In this document: piece by piece, positions 51,558 to 62,574 of the stretch | Position numbering within the stretch: position 1 is the first letter of the stretch | Layout of the letters: each line of letters begins with the position of its first letter | Assembly: GCF_003334385.1 (NCBI RefSeq) | Contig: NZ_QOWN01000014.1 | DNA from: Escherichia coli | GTDB lineage: Bacteria; Pseudomonadota; Gammaproteobacteria; Enterobacterales; Enterobacteriaceae | Length of the DNA stretch: 64,000 bases | Strand: one strand, 5' to 3' | Position numbers and translations under genes: made by a program | The notes under the pieces: model-generated | The model's database searches: none | Told to the model about the DNA's origin: nothing | What the model saw: only the letters and a program-made list of their open reading frames with translations

Positions 51558-53022
51558 ATGAATACCCAGTATAATTCCAGTTATATATTTTCGATTACCT
51601 TAGTCGCTACATTAGGTGGTTTATTATTTGGCTACGACACCGCCGTTATTTCCGGTACTGTTGAGTCACTCAATACCGTCTTTGTTGCTCCACAAAACTT
51701 AAGTGAATCCGCTGCCAACTCCCTGTTAGGGTTTTGCGTGGCCAGCGCTCTGATTGGTTGCATCATCGGCGGTGCCCTCGGTGGTTATTGCAGTAACCGC
51801 TTCGGTCGTCGTGATTCACTTAAGATTGCTGCTGTCCTGTTTTTTATTTCTGGTGTAGGTTCTGCCTGGCCAGAACTTGGTTTTACCTCTATAAACCCGG
51901 ACAACACAGTGCCTGTTTATCTGGCAGGTTATGTCCCGGAATTTGTTATTTATCGCATTATTGGCGGTATTGGCGTTGGTTTAGCCTCAATGCTCTCGCC
52001 AATGTATATTGCGGAACTGGCTCCAGCTCATATTCGCGGGAAACTGGTCTCTTTTAACCAGTTTGCGATTATTTTCGGGCAACTTTTAGTTTACTGCGTA
52101 AACTATTTTATTGCCCGTTCCGGTGATGCCAGCTGGCTGAATACTGACGGCTGGCGTTATATGTTTGCCTCGGAATGTATCCCTGCACTGCTGTTCTTAA
52201 TGCTGCTGTATACCGTGCCAGAAAGTCCTCGCTGGCTGATGTCGCGCGGCAAGCAAGAACAGGCGGAAGGTATCCTGCGCAAAATTATGGGCAACACGCT
52301 TGCAACTCAGGCAGTACAGGAAATTAAACACTCCCTGGATCATGGCCGCAAAACCGGTGGTCGTCTGCTGATGTTTGGCGTGGGCGTGATTGTAATCGGC
52401 GTAATGCTCTCCATCTTCCAGCAATTTGTCGGCATCAATGTGGTGCTGTACTACGCGCCGGAAGTGTTCAAAACGCTGGGGGCCAGCACGGATATCGCGC
52501 TGTTGCAGACCATTATTGTCGGAGTTATCAACCTCACCTTCACCGTTCTGGCAATTATGACGGTGGATAAATTTGGTCGTAAGCCACTGCAAATTATCGG
52601 CGCACTCGGAATGGCAATCGGTATGTTTAGCCTCGGTACCGCGTTTTACACTCAGGCACCGGGTATTGTGGCGCTACTGTCGATGCTGTTCTATGTTGCC
52701 GCCTTTGCCATGTCCTGGGGTCCGGTATGCTGGGTACTGCTGTCGGAAATCTTCCCGAATGCTATCGCTGGCAATCGCGGTGGCGGCCCAGTGGCTGGCG
52801 AACTACTTCGTCTCCTGGACCTTCCCGATGATGGACAAAAACTCCTGGCTGGTGGCCCATTTCCACAACGGTTTCTCCTACTGGATTTACGGTTGTATGG
52901 GCGTTCTGGCAGCACTGTTTATGTGGAAATTTGTCCCGGAAACCAAAGGTAAAACCCTTGAGGAGCTGGAAGCGCTCTGGGAACCGGAAACGAAGAAAAC
53001 ACAACAAACTGCTACGCTGTAA
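51558..53022 (+). pseudogene. xylE: xylE (D-xylose:H+ symporter, MFS) disrupted by a frameshift near 52765
   Basis: Frame from ATG 51558 matches XylE through ...SEIFPNAI, then diverges and stops at 52952; the recalled XylE C-terminus (LAIAVAAQWLANYFVSWTFPMMDKNS...TATL) continues in another frame to 53022; span is 11 nt short of a 491-aa gene. Confidence 0.8.
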
Positions 53023-53065
53023 TCTTCCTGTCCAGCACGCCGCGCCATTTCGGCGTGCTGACTTT

Positions 53066-53476
53066 TTACTCCCGCTTCAGCCGTTTCGAATTACACAGCC
53101 ACAGGGTGATCACCAGTAACAGGATCGCAGCCGAGTAGATCAACACATCCAGTGGCGATTTATGATCGACGATGATCAAGCGCACAATGGCGGTGATCCC
53201 AATATAGACAAAGTAACGTAGCGGGAAGTGAAAACCGGACTGAAAGTACTTCACAATCAGCGCGATAAATTCGAAATAGAGAAAGTAAACCACCAGTCCT
53301 TCTACCAGCTCATATTTGCTGGTTTGTTCTGGCGCGAACAGCACATCAGCCAGATGCACCGTTTCTTTGCCGAGGAAGACAACCAAAATCAGGCCGAGGC
53401 ACAGCAGGCCAAGATTGAGTACGGTCTGCAAAATGGTGGAGATAAACTCCACGCGCGGACGAGAGAGTGACGTCAT
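53066..53476 (-). CDS. psiE: PsiE, phosphate-starvation-inducible membrane protein (136 aa)
   Basis: 136 aa [38 protein letters not shown]... Confidence 0.93.
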
Positions 53477-53589
53477 AGCAGTACCTCCTTCACAGTGGCG
53501 AGCTTCCTGTATAACGCAAAAATGTGACGGAGATCTATATTTTTTGTATATGTTTTGTTCAACCTGGATTTGGAGCGCGCCTCCACCAA

Positions 53590-53650
53590 AGCCGGATATA
53601 CCTACCCGTAGGCCGGATAAGCCGCGCCTGGCGGCGCATCCGGCAAGACA
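53590..53650. repeat. REP element(s) upstream of psiE
   Basis: GCCGGATATACCTACCCGTAGGCCGGATAAGCCGCGCCTGGCGGCGCATCCGGCA. Confidence 0.75.
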
Positions 53651-53745
53651 AACCGCACCAAAGCCGGTAATTCAAAAATCACCCATTCAGGTGATTCCCA
53701 GCCACCAGCAATGCGCGAAAAATCGACAATGTTCCTCTGGAACAA

Positions 53746-54024
53746 ATGAAACGTAACCTGATAAAGGTGGTAAAAATGAAGCCTTATTTTGCTGCTTTGA
53801 TGTTATCAGTCTCTGTTCTTCCTGCTTATGCTGGTCCGCTCGGTACTGCTGATAAAGCCGACCTACCGCAAAGCAATGTCTCCAGCCCAATGATGGCCCA
53901 GTCGCTCAGGCAACCAGACCTGCAACCGATATCGACGGACAGGAAGACAGAATGTTTTCGCCTTTACACACCAGATCGCAAACCGGGGGTGAACTGCGTT
54001 CCTGATGGCTCAACAGGCCATTAA
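53746..54024 (+). CDS. yjbT: Small secreted protein of unknown function (up to 92 aa), likely YjbT
   Basis: ORF with signal-peptide-like segment MKPYFAALMLSVSVLPAYA; position between yjbH and psiE; start uncertain (could be internal Met at residue 11). Confidence 0.5.
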   Translation: MKRNLIKVVKMKPYFAALMLSVSVLPAYAGPLGTADKADLPQSNVSSPMMAQSLRQPDLQPISTDRKTECFRLYTPDRKPGVNCVPDGSTGH

Positions 54025-54070
54025 GAATGAGGGTGCCAGTGATTGCGAAAACTGGCACCTTTCCCATGAC

Positions 54071-56167
54071 TTAGCGGAAATTGACGCTACGGTCGCTGGT
54101 CATGTCATACAACTGGAACTTACGCCCAAGTTGTTGACCACCGTCACGCGTCAGCGGCGTCCAGCCAATCGCCGCACGGCTGCGTGTCGGGCCAGACGAG
54201 AAGAGATCCAACGGTACCGAGACATACACGCCTTTGGTGAAGTCCCCTTCGCCGTACTCCTCTTTCGAAACATTAGTGATCGTGGCATAGCCACCCACCA
54301 CCACGCCGCTATCAAAGCGTTTGGCGATCTCCAGCGTGCCGCCTTTATCCCCTGCCAGATACTGCCCGACGCTGGCTTTAACTAACACATCCTGAGCGAA
54401 AGATGGCGTCCAGTAGGCGGTCAGATGTCCGGTTTTCACGCTGTAGTCGGTGAATTTCATCATATCTTTTGCACTACGCCAGTCGCGCTGTTTAACGTAG
54501 TTGGCATCCAGACCAAACGCCCAGTTGCTGTCCAGCGGGCGATACAACACTTCTGCCCCCGCACCGCCAAACATGGTTTCGAGATAACCACCGTAGACCT
54601 GACCGTAGAAGCCGTTGCCCAGATGCTGGAAGTAGTTGGCTTGCAGGTTATTCACATAGACATCGTTCTGCACATACTCGCGCACATGGGTACGCACGCG
54701 CGGTAAGTGCGAGTCCTGCGGAGGATTAGTGTAGTTAAACTTGTCGTAGTTGTTGGCAAGATTTGCAAACAGGCTGCCGGTGGTCAGCAGATGGTCCGTC
54801 AGCCACAAATCTGCCGTTCCCATCACGCCCAGCTGATACATGTAAAAGTTTTCCGGGCCACCGACCGACTGGTTCAGCACCGGATCGATATGGAAATCAA
54901 AGCGTGATTTGTCGATATACCAGCCCTGCTCGGTGGACTGCGGAACCACTGGCTCGACGCGTTTTTGCGCCAGCGTCGTTTCGTGGCCCAACGGCTCTCC
55001 GGCGAGATGATTTTTCAGGCTGGCGACATCGGTTTCCGTCGTCGCCTGCGGCATGTTAAGGCGATTTTCCGTAATGCGGATCGTTTTGATCCCATCCGGC
55101 AGATCGTTCATCACGATCCGATTCGCACGGATGATCCCTTCGCGCGAATCACGATATTTCACCTGCTCGCCGGTAACATACAGCGTATCGCCTTTCGCCT
55201 GGATCTGTGGATCGGCAAGTCCGGCATTGTATTTCAACAGCGTTAACTGATTCGCCACCACCGAATGCTGCAAAATGGCATCCTGCGGCTGCGGTTGATA
55301 TTGCGGGCGGGCGTTATCGTTGTAAGACGGGCGCAGATCGTTAAAGTTGGTGCGCAACGTAACGCCAAACATAAAGGTGTTGCCACGTTCATAGCTAAGG
55401 TTAACGTCGGCCCAATCGGTAACGCGATAAATCGCACCGACGTTAAACTTACTTTTTTGCTCCAGCTTCCCGGCAAAATCCTGCTGATAATTATTGCCTT
55501 CATACTCCAGTTTCAGGCGCAGCGGTTGCCAGGGCGTCTGGTATTCCACGCCGCCAAACAGTGAGGCAGGACCGTGGAACATCTGGCTACCGTCGATAGA
55601 TCCCGCCTGTTTGTAGCTGTTATCGCGATAGCAATATTTATCACTGGCTGAACAGAGCGGATTTTTCACATTACCGCTGGTGCCCAAATATCCCCAGCCC
55701 AGGCCGAGCGTAAAATCGAACGGCCCCCAGGCTTTGCTGGCAACAAGATATTCCGCATCAAACAGCCCCGTACCGCCGATATCCCGCGCACCAACCGCCA
55801 CTTGCGGCAGCCAGTAACTCTCTTCCCACAAACGCAGTTTGAGATCGAAGGCTTTATCTTTATACGTTTGATCGCCAGAGAACGCTTCGACGCTGCTGTA
55901 CTGCCGGGTGCGCACGTCGGTGTAGCGCAGCGTTGTTTCCAGCCACGGGAAGAGTTGCACTGAAGCTGAGTAATAACGGTACTGATCGTTATCGCGATAG
56001 TTCAGGCTCAACTCCCCTTCCCGCGCCATGCGTGCGGTGGGCGTTTGTAATAATCCTACGCCACCGAAATCCGACTGCGACGGGCCAATGGGCGCAGGAT
56101 ATGTTTCGCCGTAGCAAGCCATGCTAATGCCCAGCGCCAGTAAGCTAAGCAGATGTCTTTTTTTCAT
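54071..56167 (-). CDS. yjbH: YjbH, outer-membrane lipoprotein-like component of the yjbEFGH exopolysaccharide locus (698 aa)
   Basis: 698 aa with signal peptide [20 protein letters not shown]; last gene of four co-oriented overlapping genes. Confidence 0.9.
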   Translation of the reverse strand: MKKRHLLSLLALGISMACYGETYPAPIGPSQSDFGGVGLLQTPTARMAREGELSLNYRDNDQYRYYSASVQLFPWLETTLRYTDVRTRQYSSVEAFSGDQTYKDKAFDLKLRLWEESYWLPQVAVGARDIGGTGLFDAEYLVASKAWGPFDFTLGLGWGYLGTSGNVKNPLCSASDKYCYRDNSYKQAGSIDGSQMFHGPASLFGGVEYQTPWQPLRLKLEYEGNNYQQDFAGKLEQKSKFNVGAIYRVTDWADVNLSYERGNTFMFGVTLRTNFNDLRPSYNDNARPQYQPQPQDAILQHSVVANQLTLLKYNAGLADPQIQAKGDTLYVTGEQVKYRDSREGIIRANRIVMNDLPDGIKTIRITENRLNMPQATTETDVASLKNHLAGEPLGHETTLAQKRVEPVVPQSTEQGWYIDKSRFDFHIDPVLNQSVGGPENFYMYQLGVMGTADLWLTDHLLTTGSLFANLANNYDKFNYTNPPQDSHLPRVRTHVREYVQNDVYVNNLQANYFQHLGNGFYGQVYGGYLETMFGGAGAEVLYRPLDSNWAFGLDANYVKQRDWRSAKDMMKFTDYSVKTGHLTAYWTPSFAQDVLVKASVGQYLAGDKGGTLEIAKRFDSGVVVGGYATITNVSKEEYGEGDFTKGVYVSVPLDLFSSGPTRSRAAIGWTPLTRDGGQQLGRKFQLYDMTSDRSVNFR

Positions 56168-56904
56168 TATTGAGGTATCCGCTGCGTCAGAGTCTGAAGA
56201 ATGTCGGCGTTAAGGGCATCAGGCGTCTCACTCCAGACGGAGTCCGCGAGGCCAACATAAATAATGCTGCCGGGCATCGGCTCTACGTGACGCTTGTTCC
56301 AGTAAGCCACCGGCGCTTTTTGCGTGCGTCCGTCCGGGTAAACCACCCACGCGTAGCTGCGATCCGCACCGCTGAGCAGGCTCTGGTCAGAGAGATAGCT
56401 CGCCACGTCGCGACCTGGAGTGAATGGCTGCTTGCCAGGACGGCTGATAAGCCCGAACAACGTGACCGTGGACGGCGGTGGTCCGACCCACAGCGTGTAG
56501 TTGCCCTGCAACGGCGGGTTACCGCGTTCGGCAACGCGGACGATATCGGGATCAAGATTGATTTTTTGCCTGCCCGTCACTTTCAACGCCTGAATTTGCT
56601 GGCGTAAGGCGTTAATCGCAGCGGCATCGTCGGCGCTGGAATCTGCGCCCTGTTCTGCCAGCCGTGTCAGCAACGCCTGCTGCTGACGCAATGCTGCCGC
56701 CGTTGCCAGCTCTTCGCTAATCACCGCACCGGGCCACCAGCTGTTTGCCAGCCGCGGTTGGCCTACCAGATCGATTAAATGCTCTGCGCCCGTTAGCGTT
56801 TTGGCCTCACTGCTGCCATTGCTGAACACCTTGACGGTTCCTGCCGCGAAGACCGATGACGCTCCCACACTCAAAAGCAACGCGACAATAGTTTGTTTAA
56901 TCAT
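56167..56904 (-). CDS. yjbG: YjbG, periplasmic protein of yjbEFGH locus (245 aa)
   Basis: ATG at 56902-56904 gives 245 aa [20 protein letters not shown]... (signal peptide); 4-bp overlap with yjbF. Confidence 0.88.
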   Translation of the reverse strand: MIKQTIVALLLSVGASSVFAAGTVKVFSNGSSEAKTLTGAEHLIDLVGQPRLANSWWPGAVISEELATAAALRQQQALLTRLAEQGADSSADDAAAINALRQQIQALKVTGRQKINLDPDIVRVAERGNPPLQGNYTLWVGPPPSTVTLFGLISRPGKQPFTPGRDVASYLSDQSLLSGADRSYAWVVYPDGRTQKAPVAYWNKRHVEPMPGSIIYVGLADSVWSETPDALNADILQTLTQRIPQ

Positions 56905-57539
56905 TGTTTTGCCGCCTTGATGAGAGTGGTTTTCACCGGAAAATAATCCGCGCCGAGATACTGTTCCGACTGGCGAATTTGCCCTTCGCTGTCGATCCAA
57001 TAGCGGTTATGCCAGCGCGCCTGGTCGGTGGAGACTTCTTCGTCCAGCACGCGAACCGGGGTTTCATCGCTGCCGACTTTGACGGTATCGGTGCCATCCC
57101 ATTTGAAGACTGAGCGTGCGGTGGCGTAGCGTACCTGCTGGTACTCGGTCCAGCCCATCGTGCGCGTCCAGCTTGCGCCATCAACGATTTGTGCGGGTTT
57201 AATCAGCGGGTCGGCAGCAAGGTTATTCACTTCAATCAGGTTGTCGCCGCCGAGCAGAGTCTTCACCAGACGGCCATGTTGGGTAACGAGAGTAGCCTGA
57301 TCCTGAGTGACCCATTTTTGTTGTCCGTCTTCAGCGAAGGCCAGCACCACAAATAACTGCGGCCCGCCATTAAGCTGCATGTACTGGCTGGCGTAGGGCA
57401 TATTTTGAATATCATCATCCGTCAGCTGTACGCCTGGCGGGCCGAACAGACTGTCCCACAGTGAATTGCCCAGCTCTTTAGTCGTGGCTGAACAGGCCTG
57501 TAATAGCAGGCAGATAAGAATGAGTGCAGGTCGCTTCAC
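56901..57539 (-). CDS. yjbF: YjbF, lipoprotein of yjbEFGH locus (212 aa if GTG start at 57537-57539)
   Basis: Lipobox LLQAC in signal peptide; no ATG in N-terminal region, GTG at 57539 gives 212 aa (ORF track starts a further 10 codons upstream at another GTG). Confidence 0.8.
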   Translation of the reverse strand: MKRPALILICLLLQACSATTKELGNSLWDSLFGPPGVQLTDDDIQNMPYASQYMQLNGGPQLFVVLAFAEDGQQKWVTQDQATLVTQHGRLVKTLLGGDNLIEVNNLAADPLIKPAQIVDGASWTRTMGWTEYQQVRYATARSVFKWDGTDTVKVGSDETPVRVLDEEVSTDQARWHNRYWIDSEGQIRQSEQYLGADYFPVKTTLIKAAKQ

Positions 57540-57652
57540 GACTCTTCTCCAGAGGGGCAGAATAACCACACCGGAGTGTGGTTATGGTAAATCCCTTCAT
57601 ACTTCAAGCCACAGATGCAATGACTCAAATTATTTTGGGGATACATACTTTA

Positions 57653-57895
57653 TTACTGGGTACTGGTGGTCGTGGTTGTGGTGGTCCCGGTATTAGAACC
57701 ATCACCGCCACCGGTTGCCGCGAGCGCGACACCCACCGCCGAGCTTACGGTGCTGACGCTGGTCGCGGAGGAACTCCCCGCCGAAACCGACGTTGCTGCC
57801 GACCCTGCCGCTTCGCCCACCTGTACAGGTGCAGCCCACGCAGAAGTCGCCGCAAGCGCAGATATGGCAAAAATGCCATACAGAACTTTTTTCAT
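57653..57895 (-). CDS. yjbE: YjbE, small secreted low-complexity Ser/Thr/Gly/Ala-rich protein (80 aa)
   Basis: 80 aa [21 protein letters not shown] followed by low-complexity tail ending [10 protein letters not shown]. Confidence 0.88.
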
Positions 57896-58299
57896 AACAA
57901 TTTCCCTTCATTGAATGAATGGAGATTTACCCAAAAACATTTCGGGCGGGATCGAGTATACACAACTAAAGCATGCGAATTACGGCGCGGGGAATTAGCG
58001 ATGGCGTTTTAGGATAATTGGAATGAATATCAAATATAAGTTTCAACCTATATTTAAATAACAATAAAAATCATAAACTTAAAATAAAAACAAAAGCAAT
58101 TAATCTGCGTATTTTCCGAAATAAACAACGATTAAAAATCTATTTTAGGATTAACCTCACGGTATGATTTCCGTTAAATTACAGACAAGGGGATTTATCT
58201 GATAAAAAAATGCCGACATAACGTCGGCATTGTTATTAAGGTTATTTAATCAATCGTGCTATGTATTAATTGCCGAATACGATGTACATATCGGCATCG

Positions 58300-58383
58300 A
58301 CCTGTAGGCCTGATAAGACGCGACCGCGTCGCATCAGGCATCGGTTGCCGGATGCGGCGTGAACGCCTTATCCGGCCTACATA
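58300..58383. repeat. REP cluster downstream of pgi
   Basis: TGTAGGCCTGATAAGACGCGACCGCGTCGCATCAGGC and GCCGGATGCGGCGTGAACGCCTTATCCGGCCTACA units. Confidence 0.9.
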
Positions 58384-58393
58384 TCGACGATGA

Positions 58394-60043
58394 TTAACCG
58401 CGCCACGCTTTATAGCGGTTAATCAGACCATTGGTCGAGCTATCGTGGCTGCTGATTTCTTTATCATCTTTCAGCTCTGGCAGAATACGGTTCGCCAGCT
58501 GTTTACCCAGTTCCACGCCCCACTGGTCGAAGGTGAAGATGTTCAGGATCACGCCCTGAGTAAAGATTTTGTGCTCATACAGCGCAATCAACGCACCCAG
58601 GCTGAACGGAGTGATTTCACGCAGCAGGATGGAGTTGGTCGGGCGGTTACCTTCGAATACTTTGAACGGCACCACGTAGTCAAGCGTTGCCGGATCTTTA
58701 CCCTGATCACGATATTCCTGCTCAACCACTTCGCGGGATTTACCAAACGCCAGCGCTTCGGTCTGGGCGAAGAAGTTAGACAGCAGTTTCTGGTGATGAT
58801 CAGAGAGCGGGTTATGGGTGATAGCCGGAGCGATGAAATCGCACGGTACCATTTTGGTTCCCTGGTGGATCAGCTGGTAGAACGCGTGCTGACCGTTAGT
58901 GCCTGGTTCACCCCAGATAATCGGGCCAGTCTGGTAATCCACAACGTTACCGTTACGGTCAACATACTTACCGTTGGACTCCATATTGCCCTGCTGGAAG
59001 TACGCCGCGAAACGGTGCATATACTGGTCATACGGCAGAATCGCTTCAGTTTCCGCACCAAAGAAATTGTTGTACCAGATGCCAATCAGCGCCAGCAGTA
59101 CAGGCAGGTTTTTCTCGGCAGGCGTGGTGGAGAAATGCTTGTCCATCGCGTGTGCGCCGGAAAGCAGTTCAACGAAGTTATCAAAGCCGATGGAGAGAAC
59201 AATCGACAGGCCAATCGCTGACCACAAAGAGTAACGGCCGCCAACCCAGTCCCAGAACTCGAACATGTTGGCAGTATCAATACCAAACTCGCCAACGGCT
59301 TTGGCATTGGTGGAAAGCGCCGCAAAGTGTTTTGCAACGTGTTTTTCATCACCTGCCGCTTTCAGGAACCAGTCACGCGCGCTATGGGCGTTGGTCATAG
59401 TTTCCTGAGTGGTGAAGGTTTTAGATGCTACCAGGAACAGCGTGGTTTCCGGGTTTACTTTTTTCAGCACTTCCGCGATGTGAGTCCCATCGACGTTAGA
59501 AACAAAGTGCATGTTCAGGTGGTTTTTGTACGGACGCAGAGCTTCGGTCACCATGTATGGGCCGAGGTCAGAACCGCCGATCCCGATGTTCACTACGTCA
59601 GTGATTGCTTTGCCGGTATAACCTTTCCACTCACCGGAAATAATCGCTTCTGAGAAGGTTTTCATCTTCTCCAGCACCGCGTTGACTTCCGGCATTACGT
59701 CTTTGCCATCAACCAAAATCGGGGTATTGCTACGGTTACGCAGCGCTACGTGCAGCACGGCGCGGTTTTCAGTGCGGTTGATCTTCTCGCCAGAGAACAT
59801 CGACTTAATCGCGCCCGCCAGATCGCACTCTTTCGCCAGATCCTGTAATTTCGCCAGCGTCTCTTCAGTGATGCGGTTTTTGGAGTAATCCACCAGCATC
59901 TGATCGTCGAAGGTTGCGGAGAACTTAGAAAAACGATCGCCGTCTTTAGCAAAAAGATCGGCGATCGTAACGTCTTTCATTTCATCGAAGTGTTTCTGTA
60001 GTGCCTGCCAGGCAGCGGTCTGCGTTGGATTGATGTTTTTCAT
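58394..60043 (-). CDS. pgi: Pgi, glucose-6-phosphate isomerase (549 aa)
   Basis: ATG at 60041-60043 gives 549 aa ([19 protein letters not shown]...). Confidence 0.97.
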
Positions 60044-60261
60044 TAGCAATACTCTTCTGATTTTGAGAATTGTGACTTTGGAAGATTGTAGCGCCAGTCA
60101 CAGAAAAATGTGATGGTTTTAGTGCCGTTAGCGTAATGTTGAGTGTAAACCCTTAGCGCAGTGAAGCATTTATTAGCTGAACTACTGACCGCCAGGAGTG
60201 GATGAAAAATCCGCATGACCCCATCGTTGACAACCGCCCCGCTCACCCTTTATTTATAAAT

Positions 60262-60567
60262 GTACTACCTGCGCTAGCGCAGGCCAGAAGAGGCGCGTTG
60301 CCCAAGTAACGGTGTTGGAGGAGCCAGTCCTGTGATAACACCTGAGGGGGTGCATCGCCGAGGTGATTGAACGGCTGGCCACGTTCATCATCGGCTACAG
60401 GGGCTGAATCCCCTGGGTTGTCACCAGAAGCGTTCGCAGTCGGGCGTTTCGCAAGTGGTGGAGCACTTCTGGGTGAAAATAGTAGCGAAGTATCGCTCTG
60501 CGCCCACCCGTCTTCCGCTCTTCCCTTGTGCCAAGGCTGAAAATGGATCCCCTGACACGAGGTAGTT
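60262..60567 (+). promoter_or_regulatory. Lysine riboswitch (L-box) in the lysC 5' leader
   Basis: Long GC-rich structured leader directly upstream of lysC containing AGAGGCGC ... GGAGGAG ... CCUGAGGGG-type segments; lysC is a well-known riboswitch-controlled gene. Confidence 0.75.
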
Positions 60568-61917
60568 ATGTCTGAAATTGTTGTCTCCAAATTTGGCGGT
60601 ACCAGCGTAGCTGATTTTGACGCCATGAACCGCAGCGCTGATATTGTGCTTTCTGATGCCAACGTGCGTTTAGTTGTCCTCTCGGCTTCTGCTGGTATCA
60701 CTAATCTGCTGGTCGCTTTAGCTGAAGGACTGGAACCTGGCGAGCGATTCGAAAAACTCGACGCTATCCGCAACATCCAGTTTGCCATTCTGGAACGTCT
60801 GCGTTACCCGAACGTTATCCGTGAAGAGATTGAACGTCTGCTGGAGAACATTACTGTTCTGGCAGAAGCGGCGGCGCTGGCAACGTCTCCGGCGCTGACA
60901 GATGAGCTGGTCAGCCACGGCGAGCTGATGTCGACCCTGCTGTTTGTTGAGATCCTGCGCGAACGCGATGTTCAGGCACAGTGGTTTGATGTACGTAAAG
61001 TGATGCGTACCAACGACCGATTTGGTCGTGCAGAGCCAGATATAGCCGCGCTGGCGGAACTGGCCGCGCTGCAGCTGCTCCCACGTCTCAATGAAGGCTT
61101 AGTGATCACCCAGGGATTTATCGGTAGCGAAAATAAAGGTCGTACAACGACGCTTGGCCGTGGAGGCAGCGATTATACGGCAGCCTTGCTGGCGGAGGCT
61201 TTACACGCATCTCGTGTTGATATCTGGACCGACGTCCCGGGCATCTACACCACCGATCCACGCGTAGTTTCCGCAGCAAAACGCATTGATGAAATCGCGT
61301 TTGCCGAAGCGGCAGAGATGGCAACTTTTGGTGCAAAAGTACTGCATCCGGCAACGTTGCTACCCGCAGTACGCAGCGATATCCCGGTCTTTGTCGGCTC
61401 CAGCAAAGACCCACGCGCAGGTGGTACGCTGGTGTGCAATAAAACTGAAAATCCGCCGCTGTTCCGCGCTCTGGCGCTTCGTCGCAATCAGACTCTGCTC
61501 ACTTTGCACAGCCTGAATATGCTGCATTCTCGCGGTTTCCTCGCGGAAGTTTTCGGCATCCTCGCGCGGCATAATATTTCGGTAGACTTAATCACCACGT
61601 CAGAAGTGAGCGTGGCATTAACCCTTGATACCACCGGTTCAACCTCCACTGGCGATACGTTGCTGACGCAATCTCTGCTGATGGAGCTTTCCGCACTGTG
61701 TCGGGTGGAGGTGGAAGAAGGTCTGGCGCTGGTCGCGTTGATTGGCAATGACCTGTCAAAAGCCTGCGGCGTTGGCAAAGAGGTATTCGGCGTACTGGAA
61801 CCGTTCAACATTCGCATGATTTGTTATGGCGCATCCAGCCATAACCTGTGCTTCCTAGTGCCCGGCGAAGATGCCGAGCAGGTGGTGCAAAAACTGCATA
61901 GTAATTTGTTTGAGTAA
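60568..61917 (+). CDS. lysC: LysC, lysine-sensitive aspartokinase III (449 aa)
   Basis: 449 aa MSEIVVSKFGGTSVADFDAMNRSADIVL...; preceded by ~300-nt structured leader (lysine riboswitch). Confidence 0.97.
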   Translation: MSEIVVSKFGGTSVADFDAMNRSADIVLSDANVRLVVLSASAGITNLLVALAEGLEPGERFEKLDAIRNIQFAILERLRYPNVIREEIERLLENITVLAEAAALATSPALTDELVSHGELMSTLLFVEILRERDVQAQWFDVRKVMRTNDRFGRAEPDIAALAELAALQLLPRLNEGLVITQGFIGSENKGRTTTLGRGGSDYTAALLAEALHASRVDIWTDVPGIYTTDPRVVSAAKRIDEIAFAEAAEMATFGAKVLHPATLLPAVRSDIPVFVGSSKDPRAGGTLVCNKTENPPLFRALALRRNQTLLTLHSLNMLHSRGFLAEVFGILARHNISVDLITTSEVSVALTLDTTGSTSTGDTLLTQSLLMELSALCRVEVEEGLALVALIGNDLSKACGVGKEVFGVLEPFNIRMICYGASSHNLCFLVPGEDAEQVVQKLHSNLFE

Positions 61918-62169
61918 ATACTGTATGGCCTGGAAGCTATATTTCGGGCCGTATTGATTTTCTTGTCACTATGCTCATCAATAAACGAGCCTGTACTCTG
62001 TTAACCAGCGTCTTTATCGGAGAATAATTGCCTTTAATTTTTTTATCTGCATCTCTAATTAATTATCGAAAGAGATAAATAGTTAAGAGAAGGCAAAATG
62101 AATATTATCAGTTCTGCTCGCAAACGAATTCCCGTACACTGAACTCTCTGGCTCACTGAGGGCACCATC

Positions 62170-62442
62170 ATGGCACTCCCCCGTATTACCCAAAAAGAGA
62201 TGACTGAACGCGAGCAGCGTGAACTTAAAACACTGCTGGATCGGGCGCGGATTGCGCATGGTCGCGTATTGACCAACTCCGAAACCAACAGCATTAAGAA
62301 AGATTACATCGATAAATTAATGGTTGAGCGTGAGGCTGAAGCGAAAAAAGCCCGCCAGTTGAAGAAAAAGCAGGCTTATAAACCGGATCCTGAAGCGTCA
62401 TTTAGCTGGTCAGCAAATACGTCGACGCGCGGCAGGCGCTAA
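62170..62442 (+). CDS. yjbD: YjbD, small uncharacterised protein (90 aa)
   Basis: 90-aa basic/charged ORF MALPRITQKEMTEREQRELKTLLDRARIAHGRVL...; position between lysC and rluF. Confidence 0.75.
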   Translation: MALPRITQKEMTEREQRELKTLLDRARIAHGRVLTNSETNSIKKDYIDKLMVEREAEAKKARQLKKKQAYKPDPEASFSWSANTSTRGRR

Positions 62443-62574
62443 TCCACAATCAACGCCTGAGATTTTCACTCGTCAGTGTGAACACAATTTTCCCCTCACC
62501 CTAACCCTTTTCCCGAAGGGGCGAGGGGACTGTCCGGGCACTTTTGGGCCGTTTTCATCAGTCTGAGGCGTTAA

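Noticed and set aside
58445-59221. 258-aa plus-strand ORF inside pgi
   Set aside because: Antisense to pgi; no independent support.
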